Positions 60,075 to 64,000 of a stretch of 64,000 nucleotides of DNA are shown in pieces (positions within the stretch are counted from its first letter, which is position 1; each line of letters opens with the position of its first letter). The notes under the pieces were generated by a model. That model saw nothing but the letters and a program-made list of their open reading frames with translations. It did no database searches and was not told the DNA's origin. The position numbers and the translations under genes are program-made. The DNA comes from the human T2T-CHM13v2.0 reference genome, Homo sapiens, in assembly GCF_009914755.1 (NCBI RefSeq), contig NC_060947.1. One strand, 5' to 3'.

Positions 60075-61505
60075 AAATATGGACCTATAATGCAAAGGTA
60101 TTACATGCAGTACCCTTCTGGGTTTGATTCTGTTGTCCTCAATGAACTCATGCAGAACCTTTCTGTTTGCTGGGAAGATGACTCAATCATCATGTCCTCT
60201 ATTGTTAACACTATGACCTTTGTAAGTGTAAAATAAGTTAAAGATGGGGGAGTATTTGATTTCAGAGAAATGAGATTAGATTGGTTTAGGTTACAGACTT
60301 ATACTAGTGTCTCTAAGACTTCACTTGGCCTTTCAGATCACAGAGAACTTGGAAACATGATGAATACAATAATTTTTTCATACCAAAAATAGATTATTTG
60401 GTGGAAATGTTGCTTAAAACATCAAAGCTCTACATATTTTGTTTTTATAGTCATGCTCTTGAGAAGTTGCTTTAATAGTGTTTGGAGTTACTTTCTCAGT
60501 CAAGATACTGAACTGCATTTTCACTACATTGCACTCATTTTATCAGTTGCATTCATGAACTGTGTGCAGCAGAGTTACATCATATTGGAGAATGTAGTCT
60601 TCCCTTATGTAATATATTTCTAGATGAAAAGGCAAAACAAGCTTGAAATATCATCACAGATATTTGCACAGAACAGTGTACTCTTAGTGACCAGTTGCCG
60701 CCCAAGTATTATGCCAAAACCACCAGTCAAGCAGTGAATAAGAAATCAACAAAACAAAACAAAATAGACTAGTAAGAAAGGGTAACCTGAAAGGGAGAAA
60801 CCAGGCATTAAGAACATGAAGAAAAACAGGCTGGTTGTGACCAAACTTGACAAATTGCACACTGCACTTTCTAAATTGTGTCTCAAACACGATGGTATGG
60901 AAACATACCTTTACTCCATGAGAATATTTGACTTCCCATCTGGAAATCCTCTTTACTAAGTCAATTGTTGGGATGATTATGTATAATTGAGCCACACACA
61001 AAATGCAAAACCATCAGAGATTCTAACAGGTGTAAGAGCACACATGACCATACTCCAGCCAATATAAAACTACATGTAGATTGATATTATAAGAGTATTC
61101 AATGATGTTCTTCTTCAACAAACACAACATTTGGGCAGCTATGGAGAGCCAATCATTACGAGTCTTTACACAAATTGGTATTTGGAAACTTTGTTAAGAT
61201 AAGTCAGCTATGCTCATATAGCTTATTTCCCTGCAATTAAAGCATTTGTGACACTACCTACAGAAAATGAATTAACATTCAATGCAGAGAAATATTCTGA
61301 CATATCTGAAATGAGGTCATTATTAGAACTGCTAGGCCCATATGGTATGAAGTTCTTAAGTGAAAGCCTTATGTGGCATATTTCATCACAAGTTGCTAAA
61401 CTTAAGAAATTTGTGGAGAATGTTGATGTGTTAACACAAATGTGGACCAGCTTTGACAAACCAGACCACATGGCTGCACTCTTTAAAAGATTATCATCTG
61501 TTGAC
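60075..61505 (+). pseudogene. NCKAP1P1: NCKAP1 (Nap1/WAVE complex) processed pseudogene, internal fragment of roughly aa 420-910
   Basis: Translates to [98 protein letters not shown] and [17 protein letters not shown]. It is intronless, with stops (e.g. TAA 60234-60236) and frameshifts (e.g. ~60375). Confidence 0.93.
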
Positions 61506-61804
61506 CGTCTTTATTTTGAACCTAACACTGTTGTTAGACCCTAGAGATTTAAAGATGGATAAGACAAATTCCCTTTATGTCTTCAAGGAGCTCATGAATT
61601 TGAAGCATGAATGAAGACAGGAGTAGAGAGTCAACATATGAAGAGTTTTATGTCCTAAGTTAATGGAGTTTGAATTTGAACATGTGGTCAAACCAAAACC
61701 ACCAAATGATTTTCATTAGGGAAGTGACATGTCAGATTTCTGTTAAAGTCACATGGCAGGGTAGCAAAGGGGCTAGAGGAGAATAAGTTATAAGAAGACA
61801 AGGA

Positions 61805-62350
<546 letters not shown>

Positions 62351-63169
62351 CTGAGCTATGCTATTAATTAGGAAGCACTGTATCAGTCTAGAAATGAATG
62401 ATGATGAAGGCCTGAACCAAGATAGTGGCAGTGGAATGAAAGGAAAGGGAAAATGTGAGAAATATTGAAGGGATATAATTGGCAAGAAGACTTGGTTATT
62501 GTGCAGATTTGGAAGGGGGAGAGCAAGGAAGAGTGAGGTGTCAGGAACTTCTTTCATGTTTTAGCTTGCCTAAATGAGTGGGTGGATGATGATGTTATTA
62601 ACTTAAATTGAAAAAGAACAAATGGAAATAGCAATGTTGGAGATACAGGACAAAATGGGAATAATTGATGGAATGAAGTGATGGAGGAGATGGGAAACGG
62701 TACAGGTGGATGGGTTACATCAGTTGCTTTTTCTGTAATGGGAGGAGAGAGGCTAAGATTATGTACAGATATAAATGAGCGTTGGGGAGGAAATAATATT
62801 GAGAGATTTTAGACTCAATGACTTCTGCATTATCTCTGAAAAAAGGAAGTGAAAGCAGGAGGCAAAGAAGAGGAAGTGAACTTGAAAAGCACAGCATTAA
62901 AAGTTTGAATTAACCACTGTGGGGAATGAAAGAGGGAACGGATCACCATTACCTAATAAAATTACAAAGCATTTTTTTTTCTTCACCATCATATGATACC
63001 CCTACTTTATTTTTTTTCTATTTTTGAAATTAAAGTTATCATAAATCTTAAATGAGATAATTGATATCATTATTCATCCATAGGGTCAGCATTCTTTGTT
63101 TTGCAAAGTGGTGGGAACAAAGTACATTCTCATCAAAAGCATACAAGCTTTTGTTTGAATTTTCTTGTC

Positions 63170-64000
63170 TGGTTCTAATATAAAGGCTACATTGGCCTTG
63201 CAAAATAAATTAGGAGGGTTTTGCCTTTGGTATTTTATGGAAGACTTTGAGTAAGACTGAAATAATCTGTTTCTTGGCATTTATCTGGAAACTTGTTAGA
63301 GCCTGGTCCTGGTGTTTTCTTCATTGGAAGTTTTTTTTTAATGTTTTTGTTTTGTTTTACTATAAGCCAAATTTATTTAATAGATAGAGGGTTATTCAGG
63401 TTTTTGATTTCTCCTTGAGTCACTTCTGATAAATTATATTTTTCTAGAAATTTACTCATTCATTTAAGTTTTCAAATTTATTATAAAAAATTGTGCACTG
63501 TTTAATATCAACATCTATAGTTATCCTCTTTTCACTCCTAATATTGTTGCCCTTTCTCTCTCTCTTTTTTCCTTGATTAATTCCATTAGAAATTTTTCAT
63601 TTAAAAAAATTTTCAAAGAAACAACTTATATCTTTGTTGGTCTTTATTGTACATTTGTTTTCTAATTTATTAAATACTACTCTTCATTTTCCTTTGATTT
63701 AGTTATTTTTTTGAAGTTTTCGATATGAATAATTTAATTGTTATTTTCAACCTTTATTCTTTCATAATATACCACTTTAAGACTATAACATGTCTTCCAA
63801 ATACCACTTTAAGTGAATCCTGTCTGTTTGAATGCTTAATGTTGTTGTGATCATTTAGTTGTATTTTCTCATTTCCATTATAAAGTCTTCGTTGACCTAT
63901 GAGCTGTTTAGAATTTGTTTGTCTTTAGTTGCTGATAAATGAGTTTTTCTTGTTATATATCAAAATGTTTGTGATTTTTCACTTACTTATGGAATAGTCA
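63170..64000 (-). mobile_element. Old L1M ORF2-region fragment
   Basis: TGGTCCTGGTGTTTTCT...ATTCAGGTTTTTGATTTCT...TTTTCAAAGAAACAACTT; runs off the window. Confidence 0.75.

Noticed and set aside
59916-60236. 106-aa ORF fusing a hydrophobic leader to an NCKAP1 fragment
   Set aside because: The hydrophobic part is T-rich flank read in frame, it stops after ~53 NCKAP1 codons, and there is no promoter evidence.
61248-61544. 98-aa NCKAP1-like ORF as a functional gene
   Set aside because: It is a residual open stretch of a pseudogene with a GTG start and surrounding disablements.

Overview
Human (primate) genomic DNA, not microbial. The first 2.87 kb is the 3' end of a young gammaretrovirus-like provirus that I recognise as HERV-Fc1 (ERVFC1; Xq21.33 from recall). 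It shows an open integrase C-terminus, a fully open 584-aa env and a 370-bp 3' LTR. The remaining ~61 kb is AT-rich intergenic sequence with no convincing host exon. It is filled with Alu, L1, L2, MIR, CR1/L3, MaLR/ERV1 LTRs and DNA transposon fossils. It also holds a disabled, doubly truncated NCKAP1 processed pseudogene (~60.1-61.5 kb) and a consensus-perfect AluYa5. I found no wholly new biological system. The most unusual structures are a nested L1 cluster with a triplicated target site, an L1PB whose 5'UTR appears fused to mid-ORF2, a ~29-bp templated insertion, and a possible twin-priming architecture for the NCKAP1 retrocopy. Repeat subfamily names come from recalled consensus sequences, and boundaries of old repeats are approximate.
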